NCBI GenBank assembly: GCA_964016885.1 | Contig: OZ024743.1 | Location: 375,968,001 to 376,032,000, forward strand | DNA length: 64,000 nt | Origin: Eledone cirrhosa | Taxonomy: Eukaryota | Direction of reading: 5' to 3' | Shown here: piece by piece, positions 15,155-28,137 of the stretch | Position numbering within the stretch: the first letter of the stretch is position 1 | Layout: the number at the start of each line of letters is the position of its first letter | Program-made: the position numbers and the translations under genes | The notes under the pieces: model-generated | What the model saw: only the letters and a program-made list of their open reading frames with translations | Database searches by the model: none | What the model was told of the DNA's origin: nothing

Positions 15155-16435
15155 CGAATAAAAGCAAAAAAAACCAGCTCAACCATCACAGAGCGAGATA
15201 GAGCTGGTTTTAAAAGACGTCATGAAGGACATCACCTTCATTCAGAAGGATAGACTCTACGGGAGTCTATCCATTCTCATGAAGGACAGGGACACAGCAG
15301 TGAAACTGTCCATCAAACCAATCACATCCACCGCATACACCTTCTACCCTACGTACATGGGTAGAAGAACACAAAAAATAAAAATCCACACCATCCTGCC
15401 GATTATGGACATATGGTGGGTTTTGACAGGTTTCCTGGACCTGGATGATGGCACGCTGGTGTCCATGGGAAAGGCATCGGGTGACGCGTTCAGTGGAACG
15501 AGCCTCGAACTTGTAGTTCAAATGAGGCCCGAAAGGATCGCCCAGATCCCTGAACGCGTCATACTGGATGATAAAACTTTCATCAACATTACCGTTGAGG
15601 GTAGGCGGCCCTCGTGTTACCTCTGCGGAACCAGAGGTCACCTGAGGGCTGTCTGTCCCCAACTTAATAAGAAAACCCCAATCCTGCCTACACCACCAAC
15701 AACTGCACAACCAACACAATATCACAACTACCACTACAAAAACAACCACCACAGCTCAAACCAAAACAAAACAATGTCCACCCCACCCCCCACACTAAAA
15801 AAACAAAAACAATTTCCAAAACACCCGCACCGCAAACACAACCCGAAAATATACCCCTCCCCTCCAACGCGGAAGATGACCCTAGTTCGTCGTCAGACGA
15901 GGAGGAGCACTTCCACACAATCAAAAGAAAAAAAAGAAAACACACCTCAGACACACAAATGAAAACAACCCCTCCCCAAAACATAACACTGACACCAACA
16001 CAAAAGAGCTCACAACAACAGCAAACAAAAAACACCACACAAAAACAAAAACATGCATACACATACATAAACACAAGAAACAAAAAACTGTTAAACATTG
16101 TGTACAACAACAATCTAATAAAAACCCAAGGGCCTAACTTCACCCAGGCAGGGGATTTCCCCCACCTCAAAATGATTAAGGCCCCACAGGACATCTATAA
16201 AACTTTAAAAAACAACTTTAAAGAGGACGTGGGTCCCCCCTCCGTCGGGCCCATTAACCGTGTCCTCCTAAAAAACTACCCCACCCCCTCCCCAAACACC
16301 CACACAACTCCAAACTCCCCAAACACACAACACACTGATGCCCCTACACTTCCATAAACCACCACCCCACCCAACAACCCATCCCCCACCCTAATGGAAA
16401 TTGTGCAGCCCGATACCCGGGACGCAGAGAGGTAA
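15155..16435 (+). pseudogene. LINE ORF1 remnant (gag-like CCHC zinc knuckle)
   Basis: CYLCGTRGHLRAVC; frameshift near 15715 and stop at 16355 relative to copy 2. Confidence 0.85.
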
Positions 16436-16459
16436 GTGCCTTTTCTCTTCACCACCAAC

Positions 16460-19400
16460 ATGGCTATGCTAAGAGTAGGCTGTTTAAATGCGCGTGGCCT
16501 GGGCTCAACTTGGAAGCAAGCAATGCCTCTAAATGACCCCAGGTCACAACGTATAGATGTAGATGGTTATTTGCGAGGCCCGAATCAGCAACGTGCGACA
16601 GCTGGCTCCCACCTTTGATGACTTTGAGATGCACGCATCTCTCTGTCAGCCCGGAGGTGGAGGTGGGGTTGTCGTTCTGCTGCAAAAACATCTGGGTCTC
16701 ACAACACAGATGGTACATTTGGACCCGAAGGGTCGACTAGTGGTTCTGGACCTTGGCAGTGGTAAAGGCGGAGCGTTTAGGTTGGTAACCGCCTACGGCC
16801 CTTTCGGGTCAATGCGGCCGGACTTCTTCCATCGTCTGGAGACTTTTCTAGGGACGTCCCGCTCCTTGCTATTAGTGGGGGACTGGAATGGTATCCTAGA
16901 TGCACGTTGGGACTACGTAGGGGCCTGTTCCGATAGAGAGGGGTGTAATAGTCTCAAAGGGTTAATCGGTCGATTTGACCTGGCCGATAGATATCGACTA
17001 GATTTTCCGACTGCGCCAACCTGGACTTGGGCAAATCGTAGCGGATCATCTAGGTCGTACCTAGATAGGTTCTTAGTTAGAATTAAGGATAAGGACTTTT
17101 TAAGTTGTCCAAAAATGCGCATGGTTGGCTATTCAGACCACAAATTAGTGACCTGCATGGTCAACCTTGACAGAACTCATAGACAGGGCCCCGGTTACTG
17201 GAAGCTCAACTTGTCCTTACCGGCAAGTAAGGCTTACAGGGACCGGATTAGCACTTTAGTTAAGGAGCGGTTGACGGGCGCCATCGTCAACAGCAGGTGG
17301 TAGGGATCTCTCAAAAGAGAGATTAGAGTAGTCTCTATAGAATTTAGTAAGGAGTTAGCCTCAAATAGAAATAGGAAGGAAAGGGAGTTGGTAGATAGTG
17401 TAGAAGAGGCAATTAGAAGCGGCGACGTGGCCAGAGTGCTAGCGTCGAGAACGGCCCTGGGCCAGTTCTTCGACGCGAAACACGAAGGCTGCATCGTCCG
17501 AAGCAAAATACGTGCTCTGGGAAACGAGGGGACCAAAGCTGTTAGCTGGGCCCGCGTGACAGAAGCCAAAAGAGGGAGCAGATCCACTATCCGGTCTTTG
17601 CGAGACCAGGATGGACGGGTGATCCTTGAACCTAAGCAGATGTGCGAGGCTTTTCAAAAGCACTTTGCCGGATTGTTCGGAAGGGGCGGGGAGCCAGTTG
17701 GGGATGTGGACTTCGGTCCATATCTCGACGGCCTGCCGCGTCTCTCGGACAGGGAGGCAAAGTCCTGCGAGGAACCGATTTCAGCCGCTGAGATAGAGGA
17801 CGTGCTGAGCCAATGCGGCAAACGCAAATCCCCGGGTCTCGATGGTCTTCCATACGAACTATATCTAGCTATGCCGGACTTGTTCCCCGATCTCCTCGAG
17901 GCGGTCTACTGCAACTGGCAACAGAACGGGAGAATTCCCTGTGCTGTGACCAAGGGCGTAGTCACGCTAGTGAGGAAGGACGAGAACAAGGGGGACGATA
18001 TAAATAATTTTAGGCCCATAACTCTGCTAAATACAGAGTTACAGATTTTGGCCAAGGTGCTAGCAAAGAGGTTGGCGCTTGTCGTGGGTAACCTGGTGGG
18101 AGATGCGCAGACATGTGCTATCCCGTCCAGGTCCATCCACGACAACCTCCACCTCATGCGATACACCATAGAGAGGGTTGGGAACGAACCCGGCTTTGGT
18201 GGAGCCCTGATCAACTTGGATCAATCTAAGGCATTCGATAGGGTCGACCATGGTTACCTGGATGCGGTGCTAGCGGCGACAGGCTTCGGACCCGTTTTCA
18301 GGGGCTGGATCAATGCCATGCACAGCAGCCGCATCTGCTCTAGGGTCAAGGTGAACGGCTACCTCTCGGAGCCGTTCGAAATCGCGCGGTCCATCCGACA
18401 GGGGTGCCCTCTCTCCTCCCTTCTGTATGTAATGACTCTAGAGCCACTGCTGCGGAAGTTGGAGTCGTTGCAGGGCATCCCGTTGGAACCGGGATTGCGG
18501 AAAGCGGTGTCAGCCTACGCCGATGACGTAACAGTAATGGTGTCGACGGCCTCGGAAATCGGGGCGATCGGCACCTTACTGGAGGAGTACGAAAGGTTTA
18601 CAGGGGCTAAGCTGAACCGGGACAAGTCGATCGGTCTGCAACTCGGCACGTGGAGGGGAAGATCGATGCCCTCCAATGGCGTCGTCGGGCGCTGGACGGA
18701 GGGCCCGGTGAAGTTGCTCGGGGTCTGGTTCGGACCAGACCTCCAGGTGGAGAAGAACTGGGGTGAGGTAACGAACAGGGTGTTTGCACTGACCCAGAAG
18801 TGGGCCGAGTGCAAACTGTCCCTGAAAGATCGGGCGGAGGTGGCGAACACTTATATAACGTCCGTCATCTACTACCGCCTGACCGTTGTGCCTTGCCCAA
18901 GGGAAACGCTCGCCAAAATGGAGCGCGCACTCTTCCAATTCCTTTGGAAGAAGCGGGCTCCTATGGTGAGGAGATCCATCTGCTGTCAACACCCTTCAAA
19001 AGGAGGGCTGGGGATGCCGTGGCTAATGATACGTAAACACGCATTAAGGCTACGGCACCTTCAGGTATTCCTCTCCGGTCAACCGGTGTGGGCTCCGTTT
19101 GTGAGGCGAGCCTTTCCCAGACTCGTCTCACTCACCGAACTGAAATCCTGGGTCAAGCAAAGACCGAGAAAACTGGGCGCCTGGCACACCGAGTGTGCCC
19201 AGGCGCTCGCGGCTCTCTGGCAGGCGGACCCGGCTGTCAGTGGAGAATCCACCTCGTCATTCTATAGAGGGCTGGTGGTTAGCAGGTGCGACGACGCCCT
19301 CGGAGAAGCCCTAGGCATGGAGGAAGACGAACTGGCCAACCTGTTGGGTAGGACATTCAGCCCGGGACCCATGGATAACTTCCAGAGGTCCCTGGCCTGG

Positions 19401-19898
19401 CAATGCTACAGAAGGGTTCTGCCCGTTCGAGAAAGGCTCTACAGACACGGGCGCCCGGGTAGGGACCCCTCGAAAAAGACCTGTCCCAGATGCGTGTGCG
19501 ACGAGGAAACCGTTGCACACGCATTGGTACACTGCTCGGGCATTGCCGATCTGTGGGGCTATGTCGAACAACTGCTGTCAAGGGTGGGACCGATCCGGTT
19601 GACCACCGAGTCTATTGTAACGATCAAGCCGCCTCCCCTCTTCAAAAACGAAGAAGCGGCGGTGTTTCTGTGCGTAATAGCCATGGCGAAAGAGGTTGTA
19701 TGGTGGACGCGTCTGAAAGGACTGAGGTCAGACACCTTTCTCTCTGGCCAACAACTGGTCGGTTTCTTCCGATATCATTTCGGAAGAAGGATCAGGATGG
19801 AGAGAGAGGTGCTGCACCCCAGCCGTTTTTATGAAAGATGGGTGAAAGTGGTGAGAATGGCCCGTGTGAATGGGCCTTCAATCTACATCAGACTATAG
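16460..19898 (+). pseudogene. LINE ORF2 (APE endonuclease + RT + C-terminal zinc finger), disrupted
   Basis: GCLNARGL, GDWN, SYLDRF, SDH, FRPITLLN, DQSKAFD, QGCPLS, YADD, CPRC..H..C; +1 frameshift near 16561 and TAG at 17301. Confidence 0.92.
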
Positions 19899-20163
19899 GT
19901 GAGGAAGATGAAAGACCAAGGGAGCACCCCTTCTCTGTGCTCCCGAGGAAAAGGGTTGCACACTTTTTTTCGGGGGTGTGTGCGACCCTCCAAGGCGCCT
20001 CCTCTCTATTGAGGACTTTGTTATAAATTTTATTTTTTGTTATATTTTATTTTATTTTTATATATTGTTATTGCCTCCTCCTTATTGAGGACGCCTTGTT
20101 TTGTAAACTCCCCCCATTGTACTTGTCCCACTTTTGATGCCCTGGTGGCAAATAATAGAAACA

Positions 20164-20244
<81 letters not shown>

Positions 20245-20455
20245 CTGGGATGGACACACGCGTATAACTTGCTGAGTAAGTTCTGTTTAAATTTCTATAG
20301 AAATTCTTGTCTGATAACTTTAATTTTTGTACCATTTTGTAGAGGGACTGCCAGGTCAAACTTTGATCTGGTCAGTCTCTCAAAATATTCTACGCCTTTA
20401 GGCGAAATAGTTAAAAAAAAAGTTTTTTCTTGTTGAAAAGTCAATATTTTTTTAA

Positions 20456-22234
20456 ATGGCCGAAGCTTCTTCACCAAAATTCGAAGGAGGAAAGGGGAAG
20501 ATGAACTTACAGCTTCCCCCTGCCACTGTCACAGTAGCAGAGGTCAAGAAGATAGGTCAGCCAGAGGAAGAATTCTCTCCACCTGTTAACCGACAACTTG
20601 ACGTTGCCATGGCAACAACCCAAAGAACCAGCAGCAACAGCAACAACAACAACAATGCGACGGACGAAAACAACACCAATAACAATAACAATAACAACAA
20701 CAAGACCAATAACGGTGACAACAACAACAATGATAACAACAACACCACCAACGACAACAACAACACAAACAAACAAAATTTCTCCTTCGCCGAGACGACA
20801 AGGAAAACCCTCGACTATCTGCCAGTAGATATAACAAAAGCGAAGGAGCTACTGGCGGATGCGAAAAAATATATAGTGTACGGGGAAAATGGTTCATTCA
20901 CAATCCATTCCCCCCCGGAACTAAAAAGCCAGAGACTCCTAAACACGGTCATGTTTAGGACAATCTCGAACAAAAGTAAAAAACCAGCTCAACCATCACA
21001 GAGCGAGATAGAGCTGGTTTTAAAAGACGTCATGAAGGACATCACCTTCATTCAGAAGGATAGACTCTACGGGAGTCTATCCATTCTCATGAAGGACAGG
21101 GACACAGCAGTGAAACTGTCCATCAAACCAATCACATCCACCGCATACACCTTCTACCCTACGTACATGGGTAGAAGAACACAAAAAATAAAAATCCACA
21201 CCATCCTGCCGATTATGGACATATGGTGGGTTTTGACAGGTTTTCTGGACCTGGAGGATGACATGCTGGTGTCCATGGGAAAGGCATCGGGTGACGCGTT
21301 CAGTGGAACGAGCCTCGAACTTGTAGTTCAAATGAGGCCCTAAAGGATCGCCCAGATCCCTGAACGCGTCATACTGGATGATCTAACCTTCATCAACATT
21401 ACCGTTGAGGGTAGACGGCCCTCGTGTTACCTCTGCGGAACCAGAGGTCACCTGAGGGCTGTCTGTCCCCAACTTAATAAGAAAACCCCAATCCTGCCTA
21501 CACCACCAACAACTGCACAACCACCACAACTACCACTACAAAAACAACCACCACAGCTCAAACCAAAACAAAACAATGTCCAACCCATCCCCTCCACTCA
21601 AAAAACAAAAACAATTTCCAAAACACCCGTACCGCAAACACAACCCGAAAATATACCCCTCCCCTCCAACGCGGAAGATGACCCTAGTTCGTCGTCAGAC
21701 GAGGAGGAGCACTTCCACACAATCAAAAGAAAAAAAAGAAAACACACCTCAGACACACAAATGAAAAAAACCCCTCCCCAAAACATAACACTGACACCAA
21801 CACAAAAGAGCTCACAACAGCAAACAAAAAACACCACACAAAAACAAAAACATGCATACACATACATAAATACAAGAAACAAAAAACTGTTAAACATTGT
21901 GTACAACAACAATCTAATAAAAACACAAGGGCCTAACTTCACCCAGGCAGGGGATTTCCCCCACCTCAAAATGATTAAGGCCCCACAGGACACCTATAAA
22001 ACTTTAAAAAACAATTTTAAAGAGGACGTGGGTCCCCCCTGCGTCGGGCCCATTAACCGCGTCCTCCTAAAAAACTATCCCACCCCCTCCCCAAACACCC
22101 TCACAACTCCAAGCTCCCCAACCACACAACACACTGATGCCCCCACACTTCCACAAACCACCACCCCACCCAACAACCCATCCCCCACCCTAATGGAAAT
22201 TGTGCAGCCCGATACCCGGGACGCAGAGAGGTAA
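20456..22234 (+). pseudogene. LINE ORF1 (~592 codons; Asn-rich N-region, CCHC knuckle, Pro/Thr/Lys-rich tail) with a single nonsense codon
   Basis: One frame throughout; TAA at 21341 is GAA in copy 1. Confidence 0.88.
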
Positions 22235-22258
22235 GTGCCTTTTCTCTTCACCACCAAC

Positions 22259-25200
22259 ATGGCTATGCTAAGAGTAGGCTGTTTAAATGCGCGTGGCCTG
22301 GGCTCAACTTGGAAGCAAGCAATGCTTCTAAATGACCTCAGGTCACAACGTATAGATGTGATGGTTATTTGCGAGGCCCGGATCAGCAACGTGCGACAGC
22401 TGGCCCCCACCTTTGATGACTTTGAGATGCACGCATCTCTCTGTCAGCCCGGAGGTGGGGGTGGAGTTGTCGTTCTGCTGCAAAAACATCTGGGTCTCGC
22501 AACACAGATGGTACATTTGGACCCGGAGGGTCGACTAGTGGTTCTGGACCTTGGCAGCGGTAAAGGCGGAGCGTTTAGGTTGGTAGCCGCCTACGGCCCT
22601 TTCGGGTCAATGCGGCCGGACTTCTTCCATCGTCTGGAGACTTTTCTAGGGACGTCCCGCTCCTTGCTATTAGTGGGGGACTGGAATGGTATCCTAGATG
22701 CACGCTGGGACTACGTAGGGGCCTGCCCCGATAGAGAGGGGTGTAATAGCCTCAAAGGGATAATCGGTCGATTTGACCTGGCTGATAGATATCGACTAGA
22801 TTTTCCGACTGCGCCAACCTGGACTTGGGCAAATCGTAGCGGATCATCTAGGTCGTACCTAGATAGGTTCTTAGTTAGAATTAAGGATAAGGACTTTTTA
22901 AGTTGTCCAAAAATGCGCATTGTTGGCTATTCAGACCACAAATTAGTGACCTGCATGGTCAACCTTGACAGAACTCATAGACAGGGCCCCGGTTACTGGA
23001 AGCTCAACTTGTCCTTGCCGGCAAGTAGAGCCTACAGGAATCGGATTAGTACGTTAGTTAAGGAACGGTTGACTGGAGCGATCGTCAACAGCAGGTGGTG
23101 GGTATCTCTAAAGAGAGAGATTAGAGTAGTCTCGATAGAATTTAGTAAGGTTCTAGCTGCGGATAGGAATAGGAAGGAAAGGGAGCTAATAGATAGAGTA
23201 GAAGAGGCAATTAGAAGCGGCGACGTGGCCAGAGTGCTAGCGTCGAGAACGGCTTTGAGCCAGTTTTTCGACGCGAAGCACGAAGGCTGCGTTGTCCGAA
23301 GTAAAATACGTGCTCTAGGGAACGAGGGGACCAAAGCTGTTAGCTGGGCCCGCGTGACAGAGGCCAACAGTGGAACTAAATCCACCATCCAGTCTTTGCG
23401 AGACCTGGATGGACGGGCGATTCTTGAGCCTAAGCAGATGTGTGAGGCCTTTCAAAGGCACTTTGCCCGACTGTTCGGGAGGGGCGGTGAGCCGGTTGGG
23501 AACGTGGACTTCGGTCCATACCTCGACGGCCTGCCGCGCCTCTCGGACAGGGAGGCGAAGTCCTGCGAGGAGCCGATTTCGGCCGCTGAGATAGAGGACG
23601 TGCTGAGCCAATGCGGCAAACGCAAATCCCCGGGTCTCGATGGTCTTCCTTACGAATTATATCTAGCTATGCCGGACTTGTTCCCCGATCTCCTCGAGGC
23701 GGTCTACTGCAACTGGCAACAGAACGGGAGAATTCCCTGTACTGTGACCAAGGGCGTAGTCACGCTAGTGAGGAAGGACGAGAACAAGGGGGACGAAATA
23801 AGTAACTTCAGGCCCATAACACTGCTAAATACAGAGTTACAGATTTTGGCCAAGGTGCTAGCAAAGAGGTTGGCGCTTGTCGTGGGAAACCTGGTGGGAG
23901 ATGCGCAGACATGCGCTATCCCGTCCAGGTCCATCCATGACAACCCCCACCTCATGCGATACATCATAGAGAGGGTTGGGAACGAACCCGGCTTTGGTGG
24001 GGCTCTGATCAACTTGGATCAATCTAAGGCGTTCGATAGGGTCGACCATGGTTACCTGGATGCGGTGCTAGCGGCGGCAGGCTTCGGACCCGTTTTCAGG
24101 GGCTGGATCACTGCTATGCACAGCAGCCGCATCTGCTCTAGGGTCAAGGTGAACGGCTACCTCTCGGAGCCGTTCAAAATCGCGCGGTCCATCCGACAAG
24201 GGTGCCCTCTCTTCTCCCTTCTGTATGTGTTGACTCTCGAGCCACTACTGCGGAAGTTGGAGTTGTTGCAGGGCATCCCTTTGGAACCGGGATTGCGGAA
24301 AGCGGTGTCGGCCTACGCCGATGACGTGACAGTAATGGTGTCGACGGCCTCCGAAATCGAGGCGGTCGGCACCTTACTGGAGGAGTACGAAAAGTTCACA
24401 GGGGCTAAGCTGAACCGGGACAAGTCGATCGGTTTGCAACTCGGCACGTGGAGGGGCAGACCGATGCCCTCCGATGGCGTCGTCGGACGCTGGACGGAGG
24501 GCCCGGTGAAGTTGCTCGGGGTCTGGTTCGGACCGGACCTCCAGGTGGAGAAAAACTGGGCGGAGGTTACGAACAGGGTGTTTGCACTGACCCAGAAGTG
24601 GGCCAGTTGCAAACTATCCCTGAAAGGTCGGGCGGAGGTGGCGAACACCTACATAGCGTCCGTCATCTACTACCGCCTGACCGTAGTGCCCTGCCCAAGG
24701 GAAACGCTCACCAAGATGGAGCGCGCGCTCTTCCAAATCCTTTGGAAGAGGCGGGCTCCTATGGTGAGGAGATCCATCTGCTGTCAACACCCTTCGAAAG
24801 GAGGGCTGGGGATGCCGTGGCTAATGATGCATAAACACGCATTAAGGCTACGGCACCTCTACGTATTCCTCACCGGACAACCGGTGTGGGCCTCGTTTGT
24901 GAGACGAACCTTTCCCAGACTCGTCTCACTCACCGAGCTGCAATCCTGGGTCAAGCAAAGACCGAGAAAACTGGGCGCCTGGCACACTGAGTGTGCCCAG
25001 GCGCTCACCGCCCTCTGGCAGGCGGATCCGGTTATCAGTGGAGACTCCACCGCAACATTCTATAGAGGGCTGGTGCGCAGCAGGTGCGACGACGCCCTCG
25101 GAGAAGCCCTAGACATGGAGGAGGACGAACTGGCCAGCCTGTTCGGTAGGACATTCAGCCCGGGACCTATGGACAACTTCCAGAAGTCCCTGGCCTGGCA

Positions 25201-25696
25201 GTGCTAACGAGGGGCTTTACCCGTTCGAGAAAGGCTCTACAGACACGGGCGCCCGGGTAGGGACCCCGCCAAAAAGATCTGTCCCAGATGCGTGTGCGAC
25301 GAGGAAACCGTTGCACACGCATTAGTACACTGCTCGGGCGTAGCCGATCTGTGGGGCTATGTCGAACAACTGCTGTCAAGGGTGGGACCGATCCGGTTGA
25401 CCACCGAGTCTATTGTAATGATCAAGCCGCCTCCCCCCTTCAAAGATGAAGCAGAGGCGGTGTTTCTGTGCGTAATAGCCATGGCGAAAGAGGTTGTATG
25501 GTGGACGCGTCTGAAAGGACTGAGGTCGGGCACCTTTCTCTCTGGCCAACAACTGGTCGGTTTCTTCCGATATCATTTCGGAAGAAGGATCAGGATGGAG
25601 AGAGAGGTGCTGCACCCCAGTCGTTTTTATGAAAGGTGGGTGAAAGTGGCGAGAATGGCCCGTGTGAATGGGCCTTCTCTTTACATAAGCCTGTAG
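22259..25696 (+). pseudogene. LINE ORF2 (APE-RT-zinc finger, ~1145 codons) with a single nonsense codon
   Basis: Starts MAMLRVGCLNARGL; YADD present; TAA at 25205 is TAC in copy 1; the 25292-25696 ORF is in the same frame. Confidence 0.93.
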
Positions 25697-26002
25697 GTGG
25701 AAAAGAGGAAGGAACGAGGGAGCACCCCCTCTCTGTGCTCCTGAGGAAAAGGGTTGCACACTTTTTTCGGGGGTGTGTGCGACCCCCCAAGGCGCCTCCT
25801 CTCTATTGAGGATTTTGTTAAAAATTTTATTTTTTGTTATATCTTATTTTATTTTTATATTTTGTTATTGCCTCCTCCTTATTGAGGACGCCTTTTTGTG
25901 TAAACTCCCCCCTTTGTACTTGTCCCACTTTTGATGCCCTAGTGGCAAATAAAAGAAACTTATCTATCTCTCTATCTATCTACCTACCTACCTATCTATA
26001 TG

Positions 26003-26128
26003 AATAATTGTTTCTACTTTAGGCACAAGGCCAGCAATTACCCAGTACATTACTGGTACTTTATTTTATCGACTCCGTAAGGATGAAAGGCAAAGTTAAC
26101 CTCGGCGGGATTTGAACTCAGACTGTAA
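26003..26128 (-). mobile_element. 5'-truncated SINE family 1 copy
   Basis: Homology to 9315-9501. Confidence 0.85.
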
Positions 26129-26459
26129 AAATAAATAATAAACTCACGTACACACGCACACACATATACATTTATATATAATCACACATATATAAACACA
26201 AAAAGGTTGGCTTTAGGTAGCATCGAAAACATTTTAAATTTGAAATGTATGCTTTCCTACGCAAATGACCATAATAATAATGAATCACTATAAATAGTAG
26301 TTGAATAAACTAGATAAAGAACCCACGAAGCTGGAAGAAGTCGGAAAGGTATTGCACTGACTCCTTTCATCTTTATATGTAGATTCATCAAAGAATATGT
26401 AGCCTCATTTTCTGACCACAAAATAGTGAAAGAATTATGTATGTATGTATGCATGTATT

Positions 26460-26781
26460 ATCTCTTTCTCTTAATTTCGAGTATATTTTTGACCGGCCAC
26501 TTTCCTGGTGGCAAGGTTGTAAACGAAAAGAAATTGTCATCCCTTGAATCGCAAGAATGTTTTGCAAATTTTGAAGGTGCCAGCTATCGCAGCCATTTGT
26601 AGACTATGAATTAGGGAGCTGCGCTCATTGTCCGCAAATCCAAGTTCAGTTATACATTGGTCCAAGTGGGTTGGTATATAACCCGTAGCTCCAATAATGA
26701 TGGGTATGAAGCTAAAGGTGTATCTTGGATACTGGATTTGTAAACTCCTCATCAATGGTCCGTAGATGTCCTCCTTCTCCT
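26460..26781 (-). mobile_element. 3' end of R4/Dong-like RLE-type LINE, family A
   Basis: KEDIYGPLMRSLQ..FIPIIIGATG..KICKTFL C-terminus plus short 3'UTR ending in (CATA)n; second copy at 29975-30326. Confidence 0.8.
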
Positions 26782-26832
26782 GTATGTATGTATGTATGTA
26801 TGTATGTATGTATGTATGTATGTATGTATGTA

Positions 26833-27389
26833 TCATGGCCGGGTCGTTGGCGACTAAACTGGCAACCCCACCAAGGTTTCTTGGTGAGGAGGGTGTCTTT
26901 GGACATCCTGCAAGACTAAAAACAAAACCTGTCAAAGGGCAAAGGAGCTCTTAAGAGTCAATGGCCATCCAAAATCACCGGGAGAGATGACCCCTTAGCC
27001 TTTGTCAAGGCAGAATTCTAGGAGAAGGAAAACTCTGATATAACAGCTGCAACCCTGATGGTATCCAATGATGTTGACTTGTTCTTCGTTTTGGTGAATA
27101 TCATCTTGGTTAAGAGAGTGGGACTGGCTTTGTGCAGTGCCTTTGCTCACTATAAAAGCTTCACGGCACAGGCATTTCTTTATATCTGAAGATCTCTCTG
27201 CACTTGTCGTCACATGGTACCATGGGCCCAGCACTATGTGTCAATAATTGTCACAAGTGTAGTGTTTGTACCAGAGTTTTCAAGTCGCTGGCTGGACTAA
27301 AAAGTCACACTCGTTCAGCGCATCGGTAGGGGTTCTCCTACATGGATATAAAGTAGTGGCCGTACTCGAAAACGAGTTGGCAGCCACGA
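26833..27389 (+). mobile_element. Bipartite non-autonomous RTE-type element, family B (5'-truncated)
   Basis: RTE 5'UTR-like CTAGGAGAAGGAAAACTCTG; remnant of a C2H2 finger; 3' stem-loop CTCGAAAACGAG..GCAGCCA; (TATG)n tail. Confidence 0.8.
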
Positions 27390-27462
27390 TGTATGTATGT
27401 ATGTATGTATGTATGTATGTATGTATGTATGTATGTATGTATGTATGTATGTATGTGTGTAT

Positions 27463-28068
27463 GTCAGGTCACCAGTTGGTGCTACTGGTAACATGTATCC
27501 CAGTACAACCTATCCCATGGTCGGGTCGTTGGCGACTAAACTGGCAACCCCACCAAGGTTTCTTGGTGAGGAGGGTGACTTTGGACATCCTGCAGGACTA
27601 AAAACAAAACCTGTCAAATGGCAAAGGAGCTCTTAAGAGTCAATGGCCATCCAAAATCACCGCGAGAGATGACCCCTTAGCCTTTGTCAAGGCAGAATTC
27701 TAGGAGAAGGAAAACTCTGATATAACACCTGCAACCCTGATGGTATCCAATGATGTTGACTTGTTCTTCTGTTTGGTAATATCATCTTGGTTAAGAGAGT
27801 GGAACTGGCTTTGTGCAGTGCCTTTGCTCACTATAAAAGCTTCACGGCACAGGCATTTCTTTATATCTGAAGATCTCTCTGCACTTGTCGTCACATGGTA
27901 CCATGGGCCCAGCACTATGTGTCAATAATTGTCACAAGTGTAGTGTTTGTGCCAGAGTTTTCAAGTCGCTGGCTGGACTAAAAAGTCACTCGTTCAGCGC
28001 ATCGGTAGGGGTTCTCCTACATGGATATAAAGTAGTGGCCGTACTCGAAAACGAGTTGGCAGCCACCA
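27463..28068 (+). mobile_element. Family B element, full length
   Basis: Near-identical to the other B copies; residual CSVCARVFKSLAGLKSH resembles the last zinc finger of the RTE ORF. Confidence 0.85.
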
Positions 28069-28137
28069 TGTATGTATGTATGTATGTATGTATGTATGTA
28101 TGTATGTATGTATGTATGTATGTATGTATGTATGTAT

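Larger units (their letters stand above)
15155..20162 (+). mobile_element. Tx1/L1-clade LINE copy 1, 5'-truncated within ORF1
   Basis: Colinear with 20965-25960; preceded by degenerate (ATCT)n and followed by (ATCT)n. Confidence 0.95.
20247..25960 (+). mobile_element. Tx1/L1-clade LINE copy 2, apparently full length
   Basis: 5' leader, ORF1, ORF2 and 3'UTR, bounded on both sides by (ATCT)n; the exact 5' boundary is inferred. Confidence 0.93.
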
